Shown: positions 38,850 to 52,194 of the stretch, piece after piece | Position numbering within the stretch: the stretch's first letter is position 1 | How the letters are laid out: each line of letters begins with the position of its first letter | Source of the DNA: Phoronis australis | Lineage: Eukaryota > Animalia > Phoronida | Length of the DNA: 64,000 bases | Reading direction: 5' to 3' | Assembly: GCA_002633005.1 (NCBI GenBank) | Contig: NMRA01000608.1 | Span: forward strand, 153,067 to 217,066 | Program-made: the position numbers and the translations under genes | The notes under the pieces: generated by a model | What the model saw: only the letters and a program-made list of their open reading frames with translations | Told to the model about the DNA's origin: nothing | Database searches by the model: none

Positions 38850-39070
38850 ACCAGTGAGTTGCATGTGCACTGATAACCTCTTGACACGGAACTGTATTTA
38901 GAGTGACCTTGGTTATAGCTAGCACAACACTGATACACTGGTTCTTGTACTTCTGCATTACTGCAGTTGGCAATGCATATGCCATCAGGTTGTACTACCT
39001 CACTAGCTATTGACAAAGACTTTTCCCATCTAGCTTCGGCAGACATTGATTGCTTACGTTTTCTAGGCAT
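38850..39070 (-). pseudogene. 5' fragment of a Helentron-like ORF with a herpesvirus-type deubiquitinase (peptidase C76-like) catalytic motif
   Basis: MPRKRKQS..AEARW start, then ASYNQGHSKYSSVSRGYQCTCNSL; truncated at the HINE array. Confidence 0.55.
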
Positions 39071-39254
39071 TTTGAAATGTACTCACTGATGTCCTCGTAA
39101 TACAATACTAGGCAATTTCACAAGCAGCAGCAAAGAATGGAAATTTAAAGACAGCTATCTTTCAGATTATATGACAGTATGACACTCTGTGTTGTAGAAC
39201 CACAGGAACGGATGCAGTTTTATGGAATTCAGTTTCGACGCCTTTACTTCTTTA

Positions 39255-39462
39255 CCACTCGGTTTGCCAAAGAGGTCAACTAAAATCAAACTGAGCCTAC
39301 GTTTGGGTGACCTAGTGTGTTTCTGATACCCACTCGGTTCTCCAAAGAGGTCAACTAAAGTCACAGGGAGCTCGTGCCTGGGTGACCTCTTGTGTTTCTG
39401 ATAACCACTCGGTTCGCCAAAGAGGTCAACTAAAATCAAACCGAGCTTATGTCTGGGTGACT
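39255..39462. repeat. 75-bp tandem repeat, about 2.7 copies
   Basis: CCACTCGGTT..CCAAAGAGGTCAACTAAA at 39255, 39330 and 39405. Confidence 0.85.
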
Positions 39463-42400
39463 CAAAATGAGCATGTGGAAGAGCTGAAAAAGAAATGGAA
39501 AGAATGATCAGAACATACAAAAGCCAACATAACATAGTTATTAAAGGGACATTTCTTTCATACTATAGATCTACTATGCTAGATAGTCAAAACATAAACC
39601 ACATTAGGCCATCAACAAGTTATGTCACAAACTTTTCCAAATTATGACAGCAAATGCTTTCCATACCAACAGAAACAATTCACCAACAACTAATAAAATG
39701 TGTCGAAAAGTCGTCAACTTTGACAAAGCTGGCTAACCATTCTAAAATAGGACTGATTCATATCCCTTCCATATGACCTCTAATTTCACTTTGATAACAG
39801 AAATCAATTGCTCCCATGGCAAGGAAAGATTTGAGACCATCCCGTTAGAGCTAACCAGTGTACTACTATTTTCTTGCTTAGGACAGAAATCACCCATACA
39901 AGATGGGAAACTGTAACATCATCAAACAGAAAATGCACTTTTTGTATGTGAAACTGCACTGCCTCCTAGACATGTTATCACCAATGACGAATATTAACCC
40001 CAAAGGGAATTCTGAATACCACTGTGCTATAATAAACTACTATAGTTTCAATTCACAATTGAACAGCAACAGAAGATAGTCTCAAGAGTTAATTTCATTA
40101 TGAAACAAGATTTGTTATAATAATGGTCTGACACAAACGACATTTTATGTACTTGACGTGTTTAAGACACATACAAAGAGTTTCAAATAAAATGCAATGC
40201 AATTTGATTCATGATGATTACACCAATGTTCTGCAACACACAAAACAGCTAATGTCTTACTAAACCATGTACTTTAGTACGGTTCGAGTTATCCTGTTAA
40301 TTGCCATACCTTTCAAAAGTTATTGTTTCCACTGACTGCAGCTGCTGTAAAACACAAAAGCCAATAAAATTACACATATCTTTTAAATTGCGATGAATGA
40401 TTTTGGAAACAATAAAAAACAATATACAAAAGACAAACTGTCATTAAGTATTTAAATATGCAAAAGTGAACTCACTGTGAAATAGAGTGATAGTAAATTC
40501 AAGATGTGTAATACGCCAAAGACTTAAAAATCACTGAGCTGGCCCCAACAGTCATTTAACAAAACCATAACTATGTTACGCCTCCTGATTATGATAGTTT
40601 TTTAATTCAAGACAGCAGTCATTAGGTTAAAACTGAAATAGCAAAATTTGGAACTGGCCTAAATCAAATTGGTGTTGGCGAATGTTCCCATTGAAACAGT
40701 CGGTGACCTCTATTCTGCTGTTACCATGAGTAAATATTATCAATAACTACCAGTATTCAAACAAAAAAATGAACAACTTCATCCAAAACAGGCAAAAATG
40801 GTTTTTAGAAACAGCACAGCGATAGGGTGCCTTAAATTTTGTTATGATGACTAGCTTAACTGACAAATGAGGCAAGCAACCCATCATCCCTCATTATGTT
40901 GATGATGTGCCAGACAATAAGAGACTTTCAAGAAGCAATAGGGGCTCATCATGTGAAACTGGTGACACTTATTGGTTGTTTTAAGAGGTACTTTACCATC
41001 ACGTGATAGTAAACTTTGTGAAAAACCCCTTCATAGTATTTATGATTAGAAGTGAAACACGTCGTCATTCTCTAGAGGCCACTAATATCCGGTCCAACAT
41101 GATCAGTCATTAGTTCCCGCATTGTCATGATTTTGAATTAAGTGGTTGTAAAATAAATTTTTTGGAGGAATACTAGACTTAAAGTGAATTGATTATTTCT
41201 AAAATCAGAAAATCCAAGTAGCAAATTTTTTGCAGTTTGAAATTGATGTTTTATTGAAATCCGATGTTTGTTAGTAACTAGTTGTACACTAAAGCCAGTC
41301 GTAGAATAAGTATCCCTCCAAGCATCTGCGTAGCTGTATGTGCATGTTCTAACTCTTAAACTAAGACTGCACACAGGCATCATGCCTCCCAAGAACATCG
41401 TCTCAAATCAATGCTGAAATAAAAATACATTTTAAACCATGGGATATCTTCATTGATCATTACTCTGAAAATATGAGAAAAGCCCCTACTCCAAAGGGCC
41501 ATTTACTGTATGTACAAAATAAGCATGACTGTGTCATGACTATAAATGAACTATCTAACTGCCTCTCCGTTTCATGTCACTTTCGAACTACAGTCAAACC
41601 TCATTACAATGAAGCAGGTATAGCATTCGACTTCACGTCCCAAGTCAACTGTACTACATGCAAATTGGGTACAGCCTCGGTTCAGAAGGTCCTGAGAGAT
41701 TCATTGTAATGAGGTTGGGCTGTAATAGTCCTTCACAGTACTCAGTTCTGAGTACAAGTTCTTCACACTACATAACAAAAAACCAAGAGCTTGTAACCAT
41801 ATTATGACCCTTCATAGTACATCCATAGGCTCTCTGAGGTAAGGGCAATACGCTATGCTGCTTCTTTAAACCGAAGAGTCAATATTGCGAAAATAAACCA
41901 AACCTCCATGTAATGCACTACTAATTTAGGTACGCAAAATTATTATCTGCAACAGAGGAACAAATTTCAAATTTTACCAGATAATTGTTGCACATTTGAA
42001 AGAAAATTAACTAGAAACCTCATTAAAAATTTTAATCATTTTGAAATGCAGCAATTGCTCAACAGGAAATTGGTTTATAACCCATACCAACAGCCACTGT
42101 CTTACTTTACAAGGGCATACAATGTCAGGTCTACACTTTTCAGAGTGTTTGTCAACACAATGAATTCTACACTACCATACTTAGTTGAAAGATGCCTCAC
42201 CACATGTGGTACAAATTTAACTAAGCATGTCATCCATCAGGATTCAAATGGGATATATTAACAGACTGTTTATGCATAGCCTAAAAGCATCTTCTGCTTC
42301 TACATAAAATTAGGCGTACAACACAATTTGTGTATTACCTTCCGTGGAAACCAATGTATCAACTCAACAGCGAAGTGTGGGCTTTCTGAAACAAAAGTTA

Positions 42401-43168
42401 ACAAATTAAGGCAACTAACTTCACATGTACCCTTTCTGTGACTTGAGTTAGGACTCATTCAGCAAGAGTTTAGGGTCAGATAAGTGTGCAAATTATTATG
42501 ATGAATTATGTCTAAGGAAAACTAAAAAAAAAACGTCTTCCAACTGTGCTACTGCCTTGATGGCATACTCATCTCACTATGTTTGTCATAATTCAAAACA
42601 TAGATTAAAGTGGATGTCAGGATGACGACTCACGATGAGTGGTCTACCTGGTAGTTAAAATGTATTATGACTGCTTAGGCCAAATGACATTGAGGTCAAA
42701 AGATGCTTCTGCAAAAACAATGTTTACAAACAGCAATAGCAAAAATTCAGGAAAATAAGGTCGAATCACTAAATGCTGAAAATGTGTGCTGCAGCGCCAG
42801 ATATTTGCACTTTTGTTATTAAAAATTGGTCAAAATCCGTAGACATATTTAGCTGTGAGGTGCATCCACAACACACTGAAGCACGGAATCATGCTTAGTA
42901 ACAACAGAAACCCATAAATTGCCTTACTCCGACGCCAAAACTGCACTGGGATATTCACAAAACTAGTAGAAATAAATGAAATGAATGAAATACTGTTGAT
43001 ACCCACCAACTTAGCACTACCTTAGACTAAAAACACATTGTGTCAACCGGATACATAACAGTCATCTAAAACAATACGAAACAAACACATTAGGACCACA
43101 TAGAACATGCCCATGTCAGCAATAAATAAAAGAAATTTTTTTCTTGCAATCTCATTACTAAAGACTTG

Positions 43169-43415
43169 GAGCCATTCCAACAAAACTGACTTAGCTAAGA
43201 CAAATCTTAAAGTTTAGTAAATTTCAAAATAAAAGTTAAATTTTTCTCAAAACCAATCCAGGAAAGAGATCTTAAGTTTGACTTAGGAGTTTGACATAAG
43301 TTTTGTCTTAATTTTGACTAACTTACCGAATGTGGAAGTTTCAAAGTTTGGAAGTTAAGAAAAATCTTTAAGTTAAGTCAAAAATGAACTTAAGTCAGTT
43401 TCTTGGAACAGGCCC
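43169..43415. mobile_element. MITE, PIF/Harbinger-like
   Basis: GAGCCATTCCAACAAAACTGACTTAG...CTTAAGTCAGTTTCTTGGAACAGGCCC with a possible 3-bp TSD TTG. Confidence 0.55.
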
Positions 43416-44562
43416 TTGATGTACTTAAGCCTATTTGAGGACCAATGAAACAACAAAGGTAACCTTGACCTTTTAAAGGGGCACATGCCCCATGCTGTGT
43501 GATTTTGTAGTTGTCTACTCATAAATTTCTGATAATTATTCTGGAACCTTTGAAATTTTCCAAGTTGGTGGCGATAATTTCAGAAAAACATGCTAATAGG
43601 TCAATTGATCCACAGGGTCTAAAATCTCTGGATTAAGTTAGAGAACCTATCTCGGTGCAGTCAACGTCATTTTACTAGTAATGTGCCAGTTAAATCCAAG
43701 CTAAGCAACTCCATTGCATCAATGAATTTTTGTCACTGACGCGCGATATGAGTCCTACTGCATGACCGTGACCCTAAAATTTCTCTGAATTGGCCCTTTC
43801 ATAGTGCAAGAAAATCTGAAGAGCACAATCTCACAATTATGTCTGCCCTATGAAATCCTACAATCAACATGTTTCCACAAACCACAACACAGAAGAAATG
43901 GAACTGGTGAATATTTAGTATGCAGCAGTGTGAAGCATGCCATTCGATCATTCATGTACAGGTCCCCCATTCGTGCAAACCCAGCCTCATCTCGGTGTTG
44001 TTGGCAGATTATACTAGTAACCTTGTATGTTATTGTTTGATTTTGCAGGCTTTCAAAGAAGTATCTCAAATTCTCTATTTCAAGGAATGCACCTGTAGGA
44101 AAGAAATCTCAACTGTCAGAGTATTTGTCAAAATTCAACCATTTAGAGAGTGAACCCTGACAAAATGCAACCCATCCAGAGTAATTCTGTGTGAAACTTG
44201 CAACTTTCACTTTAAGACAGTTTTGTTCCAGAGACCCTTGTGCCAGGAAGAGTATTTTGGCTGGCACGTTTTTGAGCAGGAGAATTTGTCGTGAAAAAGT
44301 CACATCTTCCACGGGAGTACCCCCCACACACGTGCCGGTTATTACCATATAACAACAAACAATGAACAACTGTGCTTATTTGCTTAATCAACAACTTGAC
44401 TTAGGTGGTGTAGCGAGCGTGATTTGCAGACAGGGTTTCCCCTGCGTGCAAACTTCTGGGCGGCCCGCCACGCTCCTTTTTGGCCCCGCCACGCGTAAAT
44501 CATTCTCAAATTAATCGTAACACACCTAATCGTGACGGGGAAACTGCACCGCCACGCAAACA

Positions 44563-44675
44563 TCGCTAGTAAAAATGTTCGCTAGTAAAAATGATCGCTA
44601 GTAAAAATGATTGCTGGTAAAAATGAGCACTGGTAAAAAAAGAGCGCTAGTAAAAATGAGCGCTGGTAATAATGA
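44563..44675. repeat. ~16-bp minisatellite
   Basis: (CGCTAGTAAAAATGAT)-like unit, about 7 copies. Confidence 0.85.
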
Positions 44676-47600
44676 ATAAGTACAAGTCACACGGCACCTT
44701 TCGCAGTTTGTGGATCGAAGGGAAAAAATAATAATTTTACAATGGGATCTTGAATTGTGCCCACGTTAAACAATCATTCAATCCCCAATCCCCTTTCGTA
44801 ACTCGTTTCTGCCTGGTTATCCGACAATGCACAAATACTTTTAAGTATTAAAATACAGCCGGGGACCAGGCAACGACTTCGATACGTATTTTCTTAAATG
44901 GGAAAGCGCCAGAGCTCGCTAATGAAGTAAGAAACAGTAAGATTTGTGCTTCATTCATTTTATCGTGTTCGAGTTTACAAAAGACCTTGTGAATCATACT
45001 GCAGGGCGTGACATCCAACTGTTTAATCAACCATAGCCGTGCGCCAAAACGACGATATTGAATGTTAACCAATCTCAGATTCGTCTGCATGGACTGGATT
45101 ATTACATCGTCTGCTACGCCGGTCAACGCCAATCCACTATCACTGATTAATGTTTAGCAAGACGATATCAACGGAGGTTTCGTTACACGAATTAGTTTAT
45201 TAGGTCTACAAAGTTCAAATATTTTTGTTCTATGTTTGCCACTTCGTGGATAACTGAATTTTAACACTGTTTTTTGAACTCAAGTGCGACAGAGATCACA
45301 CTTATGCCGGACACTTCATTGCCAAATTGTCTTTCGAAGTGTCCTTTACCCACATACTTCCACTACATGATGCTTGGGTTAGGTCTTGTCTATGATGTCT
45401 ATGATGAGCAAACTGTCCCCAATTTCATCTAAATTTCAAATTTTGTCTGGGGAAGGTCTCCCAACCCTCCCCCCCGATGAGAGGATCTCACTTCATCCCA
45501 TGCTCGCATGTGACATCGGGTTCCCAATCCGCGTCGAGTATTCACCACCACGCTCCTTTCGAAACCCAGGCTATAGGGGGATCCCACTTCTCATATACGC
45601 CTGCAGCAACGGGCTGTGCATCCCGTTTTGGCCATTCACCACCACGCCCCTTTCAAAACCCAAGGGAAACACTGGCAGAATTGGTAGTAGCCGGTTATAA
45701 CGATCCATAAATTCGGGCAGCAGTTTCGTCATAGACTTACACATGGTTTCATTTATAAGTTGTCAATGTCGGTGACTGAAACGAGCACGTTATAACTATT
45801 CAGTGACAACGTGTAATATTTGGCAGTGGTTGCTTGATTCTCAAAATTAGGGATCGTTGTATCCGACAAGTGTCCAGAAAAATACTCACGCTATGGGTAC
45901 AACCTCAAGTACAACAAGCAAGATATGACAACCAGGAATAACTGCGAAATTACTAAGTAGGGGCCTACCGTCTTTCGACTTTGCGAAAATTAACCGTTTG
46001 CGCATGCTCAGAATGACGTAACCTTCTGCACTGTCATATCCACCACCGCAAAATTTTCCACTTAGAATTATAATGTCCCGCACAATTTAACGCACGTGCG
46101 ATGCTCCGATTACTGGTACACGGGGGATTTTTAAAAATGCACTAAACCATTTTAATATCCCGAGTGATTCTCGACAATTTTTGGAAGGGAGTGCAGCTGG
46201 AAACTTAGGCTTATACCGGGGTGAAAAATGAGAATCCCGCTAGCTGCATGTAGCCTATTCAGTTGACGCCCAGCATACTGGCGCGGCAGTGGATTACCCG
46301 GATGCTCCATTTTAATTATATACGCAAGACGGGCATTTTCTCAGTTTTTACAGGGGACAATGGTTACTTTCACACGTGTACGCCCATTGAGCTGGGCGAT
46401 TTCGTGTTGCTATCAGTCATGTTTTCACTGAGACAAGTTGTTCCTGCAACCTACAGTTCCCTTTTGAAGAGTATAGTGTTGGAAATGACACATGCAGCAC
46501 TGATAAAGTGGAGGCGCTAAAGCCCCCTCAACTGAACCCCCTGTGGTGCACCGCCTATAGACCATGTGTGGCGTAGCACTGAAAAAAGTTGGGGGCTATA
46601 GTCCCCTCAGCCGCCTATGTGACACCCTTAGAGAGTTTCTCATTGTGGAAAGTCACCCTGGAACGGCACATTCCATGAAATTCCCCTCTCTAGGTTCTTT
46701 TCAAATAGTCACTATCTTTTGTAAGTATGAATCAGTTGCGAATCTTAAGTATAATCACCGGAACTAATTTGTTTGTAATTAAAATTATTGCATCAGCCGG
46801 TGAACTGATACACCAGGAGTAATGAGTCTACATCCAAACTGTAAACAAGTTAACTGCGTAATTAGGTATTGTTCATTTCGGGTGCTAAAAAAGGCGATTT
46901 TTTGTTTTGTTCAAGTGAAGTGAAAATTTGAATAAAAAATTGATTTGCTAAAAAACATTTTATTTTGTATTTTGTTGCCACATTAACAAAATATGTATGT
47001 CACGGTTGCATTAAATCGCGTCGTTTGAAATATGTATCTTCAGCAGTTTTGGTTGACAATTTCATATTCACCATTAATTGCGTGAGACTATAAAAGCACA
47101 AACTGCTCAATAAATAAGTAGTACATCTCAAGAATTTAGAGATGATGTCGGTAAAAAAGCGAACGTCACGTTCTTGGCTTTGAGTGAGACTGAAGATAGG
47201 TCCAAAGAAGAAAGGCAATGGCACAGCGTAGATGTGATAACGAAAGAGGATCAACAAGGAGTGTTGATGGGAACAACAAATCATGGAGTGAAGAAAAACG
47301 ATTTTTTTTCGGTAACAAATATAAATGCAAAAAGAAACGGCATTCTTCACAAACTCAACGTCTGAGGTAAGTGTCTTCAAACTTTGGAAGTATAAATTAT
47401 ACATTTTATTAAAGTTCGAAATTTTTTTATTGCATTTTGATGTAATTTTGTAAAAATGATTTTAAAACACAAAAAAGTTCATTAGCCCCTTTTCGCCGTG
47501 TGTGAATTGATCGCGATTTTTGTTAATTACTCCAGTTATTCGACGCCAAGCCGTTCCATGTGCCCGAACATACCTTCGATGAATATAACAACCCGTCGAA

Positions 47601-47944
47601 CGTGGAAATCTGAGACATCGGATCCTTACCCATAAAAAGACGCATGTCGGTGCAAGGATACGTTAGTGCTGTAAGCACGTTTCTACACGTATTGGTTATT
47701 AGTACATTAGTGATGATTGGCAAACCGACTAAAACATTACAGATTTGCATACGTTTATTATGCAAGTCTACCTTGGATTGTTGATTACGTCAGTTTCGTT
47801 TACACAACTGTGACAAATTAATATTTTACTGAAATCTTCTTCAATGCATTTCCAATATGCTAAATTATACCATGACACTTGTTGTTGCATTGGTTAAGCG
47901 AAGAACTTAGGAACAGGTGTATGGTTGGCCGTTGAGGGGAAAGT

Positions 47945-48220
47945 GTCGCCGTAAAATTACGCTCGTAATTACGAGCGTAGTTTAAATTGCAGGAATGTCG
48001 CCGTAAAATTACGCTCGTAATTACGAGCGTAGTTTAAATTGCAGGAATGTCGCCGTAAAATTACGCTCGTAATTACGAGCGTAATTTAAATTGCAGGAGT
48101 GTCGCCATAAAAATTACGCTCGTAAATTAAATGGTGAAAATTTTCGCCGTAAAATTACGCTCGTAATTACGAGCGTAAATTAAATAAGGAAATGTCGCCG
48201 TAAATTACGCTCGTAAAATT
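47945..48220. repeat. Subterminal array, ~52-bp unit containing the palindrome ATTACGCTCGTAATTACGAGCGTAAT
   Basis: GTCGCCGTAAAATTACGCTCGTAATTACGAGCGTA repeated about 5-6 times. Confidence 0.9.
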
Positions 48221-48281
48221 CCTCAAGAACGTTCCAAATTTAAACCAATCAATGGTAACCTAACATACTCGAAAAACCAAT

Positions 48282-51200
48282 ATGGCTACGAATGGACACG
48301 GAGATGACTTTCTGTTGAATGTGCAGCGAATTGTAAATGACATGTGTCGACGAATTTCTACGCCTCCCGTGGAAACAGGTGTCCTCAATTCAGTGACACT
48401 GAGGTAAGTTTCTCTCACCAGGGTGAGGTATGCTCAGGGGCGGATTCAGGATTTTGAGTTAGAGGCCGGGGGGGGGGCAGGGCAAAGTATTAGCCAGGAT
48501 TTTGCCNGGCATGACCCCCTTGGCACCCGTCTAAATCCGCCACTGATGCTGGTGGAAAATTAACACACCAACAAATTCAGTGACTGTACTTAAAAAAATT
48601 GTCTCAGAGTCAATGTTCCATTGATTACGAAAATTCTGTACATTTGTCTCCCTGACTGTTAATCATCTTACTAGCGTCGGGGTACACATGTATCCGGCGT
48701 CTGCAATTTGCTGAATGCTAACGCAATCACAGCTATACCCTTCATTTGACTTACTGTTTGTGTCCGAGACTGAAATGGTTAAGATCGATCAATTTTTATT
48801 TAGGGACCGACTGTAGATACATTGTCGACTTTACTAAAGGAACTCGACGATAAATTTGCTGTATAAAGACTACGCTTATTGTTGTCAACGCGTAACGGGG
48901 AACTCTATCTTGACTTGGCAAAAATGCTATGATCACTTTAGAATCATGCATATGTATCGATTAACGAATTGTGCTTCACATCATACCTCACAGTTGTACT
49001 AGGTCGACAGGCAGCCTAAGTTGGGAAAGGAGCATGAACGAAATTGAAATTAAACTGTCGCTGTCTATCTGTTGACAGGGTCTACATTACATGTTATTTC
49101 AGATGTGAACAATTGATGACTAATGTGCTTAGAGCCAGTGGCAATCTATGCACAGAGAGCGAGTCGGAGCGTATTACTGGTCTCCTGTCACAACTACGTC
49201 ATGAGGCAAAAACATTACTGGAAAGTAATAACACAGGTACCTTGTCCAACAAAGCAGTTAGGTTCTTAAAACCTTCTGTGCAAATAAGGCTCATGTGCCT
49301 ACATCCATTCGCACAATCACCTATTCTTCAATATTTACTCTGACTCTGTACATTTGCAATTGTTTTCTGTGAAAAAATAAATTTCTTGGAGAAATTTTAA
49401 GAAATAAACTTGTTTTAAAGTGTAACGCATGTTATAGTTTTGATCTATGGAAAATTAAATATCTGTACTCTGGTCAATTGTAGCTCTATCTGGATACGCA
49501 GCACCTTGGAAGTGTAATGGGAAAATAGGAGGTCCAAAGAAGAACATATCCAAAGAACAACTCCTGTTTTTAACTAAAGCAAAGATGGTCAACCGAGCCA
49601 TAGCGAATTGCCTGGGTGTGTCAGTGGACACTGTAAAATCGAGACTTAGGTAACTTTTAGTTGGAAATGCAGCCTAAAATGCCAAGATGATGAAACTATG
49701 CTTTATTTCTGTTCATAAAGTTTGGTTTTAATGCTATTACTAAACTTGATCAAATAAGAGAGAAACCGAATATCAATGGAGAACATTAAAACATTTAGAA
49801 ACTGATATGTAAATTAAGCTCGCACTAAACTGACCATACTTCCTTAGTGTGGGATTCCGCTTCTCCAAGTTGAAACGGGGTGATTTGTAGGCCTAGTTTA
49901 CCCCCCCAAATCGGAATCTGTATGCAAATTATCTTGAATAAGAAAGTTTGAAAATGAAGTTTATTCTCATTTGATAGAGATCTATATGAAATATTAGAAA
50001 AAGGTTTGATGCCTTTGGTAATTACATTTAATTTAGATATGAAATCATTCACGAAAATACCATGCCATTCACCTAAATATGTAGTTTTAGGTATCTATTG
50101 CACTCGCTACTGATGCTGTTACTGTAAATTAGCTAAGTGTGTTATTGTTGCACGGATTATGGCTATACTTTTGTTGCCAGACAATGTCATACAGTTTTTT
50201 CTTCACAGCCTCTTGAGGAATTTTCTTCACCAAAAGAAAATTATTTTGCCAACTTTTGTTTCGAATGTATTTCAGAGAATATGGTATTTTTAAAAGAACC
50301 CCATGTGATCTGTCTAACGAAGACTTAGACATGGCGGTTGAACGGGCCATTGAAGGAAACAGAAAAATCGGCCCAAATGATGTGAAAGCTCGCCTACAAG
50401 GCAAGCTAGGGCGTTTTTGTACCACGATCAAGGGTCAGAGCACTTCACAGGGTTGATCCTGCCGGATGCGCCATGCGCTCAGTTGGTGCACAACTACACA
50501 GGCGCACTTACAATGTACGCGCCCCCAACTCTCTTTGGCATATAGACGGGAACCATAAGTTAATAAAGTATATGTTAATTTGGTGAGGTACTCTATTTTC
50601 GTACTTTTATGCTACAAATGCCTAATTCAAGAGTGCAGCCTTTGTAACAATGCGTGCAGTCATTAAAATATTTCCCATTTGTAAAAACAAAAAGCTTAAT
50701 GTGCGTGAGATTGTGTCAATTTTATGTCAAGTTTTAAAAAATTGAACTACTCTGTCGGCTTTTCATTACGTTCAAGCGTTTACCTCTACGTTCATTCCCA
50801 TTTACTGCTTTTGACATTACTTCCAGATGGGGCATAGTTATTCATGGTGGGGTGGATGGCTACAGTAGGTTGATCACCTTTATGCAGGCAGCAAACAACA
50901 ACAAGTCAAGCACAGTTTTTCAAGCCTTCAAGGGAGCCATTGAAGAGTAAGCATATATGCACAAAGAGGCAACTACATTAGAATATTGAAAGGACAATGC
51001 GTTGTGCGAAGAACACTCACCAAAGACACACACACACAAGGCACACACGCACACATTCATTGTTGCAGTATATTGCAGTCTCTATATCAGAGTCGAAATC
51101 TAAACTGCAGTCTAAATGACGGCGCACCATAGGGGGCTGGGGGATATACCACCGCTTTTTTCAGTGCTGCGCCGCCCATGGTCTTATCTGCATTCCCTAA

Positions 51201-52194
51201 ACCACATTACCAGCGAAACTTGTGACCATACATGCTCATCTGGTTCACAACCTGATAGAATTTACAGAGTACCTTAATTGAGTTCATACAATAGACAAAC
51301 ATTTGAGAAATCAATCCTTTGGCTTTTTAAATGACTAATTGTCACTAAATAGTGCTCCTTACATGGTCGGTTTTTATGTAGTTTTCATATTTACAAATGT
51401 TATTATTGATCAGACTTAGCCTGTTATTCTACCTCACCCACAGTTAGTTGCTTATCCAGATGACATTTCAATAGGCTGTACTGCAGTAAAAGACAACCAC
51501 TTCTTACCTAGAGACCAGCATCATGTTATGCGGTTGCCATATATAGGCAAATAGATGACAAGAATGTTTTCATCATTTCAGGTATGGGTGCCCATCAAGG
51601 ATAAGAGTAGACCTTGGAGGCGAAAACAATGCAGTTTGCAGTTACATGGAGGAAACGAGAGGGACGAGCAGAGGGAGTGCACTACGTGGGTTGTCTGTTC
51701 ACAATCAACGTATCGAGAGGTTATGGGTGGACCTGTGGAATGGCGTAACCAATGTATTTTATGATTTGTTCCAATATTTAGAAAGTACCCAGATGCTCAG
51801 TGTTGACAACAACAATCACCGATGGGCTCTTCAATACATATTCCTCCCAAGGATCAATGAGCAGATACGAGATTTCACTGAGCAGTGGAACAATCACGGT
51901 TTGAGTTCTGAAGGTATGGCTACACCTAAACAGCTCTTCATTCAAGGTGCGTTGGCAAATGTTCATTCCAACCTCACTGGAGTGAATGACCTGTTCAACC
52001 CCGCCTATCAGCAAGCTGTGAATGAACCTCTGGTGGAAAATGCGCAGCAACTAGTGGACACTCCCTCAGCACGTTGTCCCATTTCTGATGAGGATCTGCA
52101 GGTGATGAGTCTAACCATCAATCCAACAGAGAGCTCGTCTGACCATGGTGTTAACCTATACTCAGTTCTCAGTTTTATTGATGAACACCTGTAA
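48282..52194 (+). pseudogene. Spliced DDE transposase with integrase core (IS3/IS481-like, IS3EU type); exons 48282-48403, 49103-49236, 49484-49649, 50276-50567, 50827-50946, 51582-52194; frameshift near 50400-50415
   Basis: HTH (IANCLGVSVDTVKSRL), RVDP, PNSLWHIDGNHKLIKW, IHGGVDGYSR, PSRIRVDLGGEN, SVHNQRIERLW, WNNH; consistent GT-AG phases. Confidence 0.85.
48435..48545. mobile_element. Short MITE with 5-bp TSD ATGCT in transposase intron 1
   Basis: CAGGGGCGGATT...AATCCGCCACTG flanked by ATGCT on both sides. Confidence 0.7.

Noticed and set aside
44848-45710. Possible coding remnant on the minus strand
   Set aside because: Multiple stops and no motif I could recognise.
47143-47367. Exon-like segment ending in GAG|GTAAGT
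   Set aside because: No recognisable protein and no downstream partner exon identified.
47945-48220. CRISPR array
   Set aside because: Inter-palindrome segments are short and near-identical rather than unique; better explained as transposon subterminal repeats.
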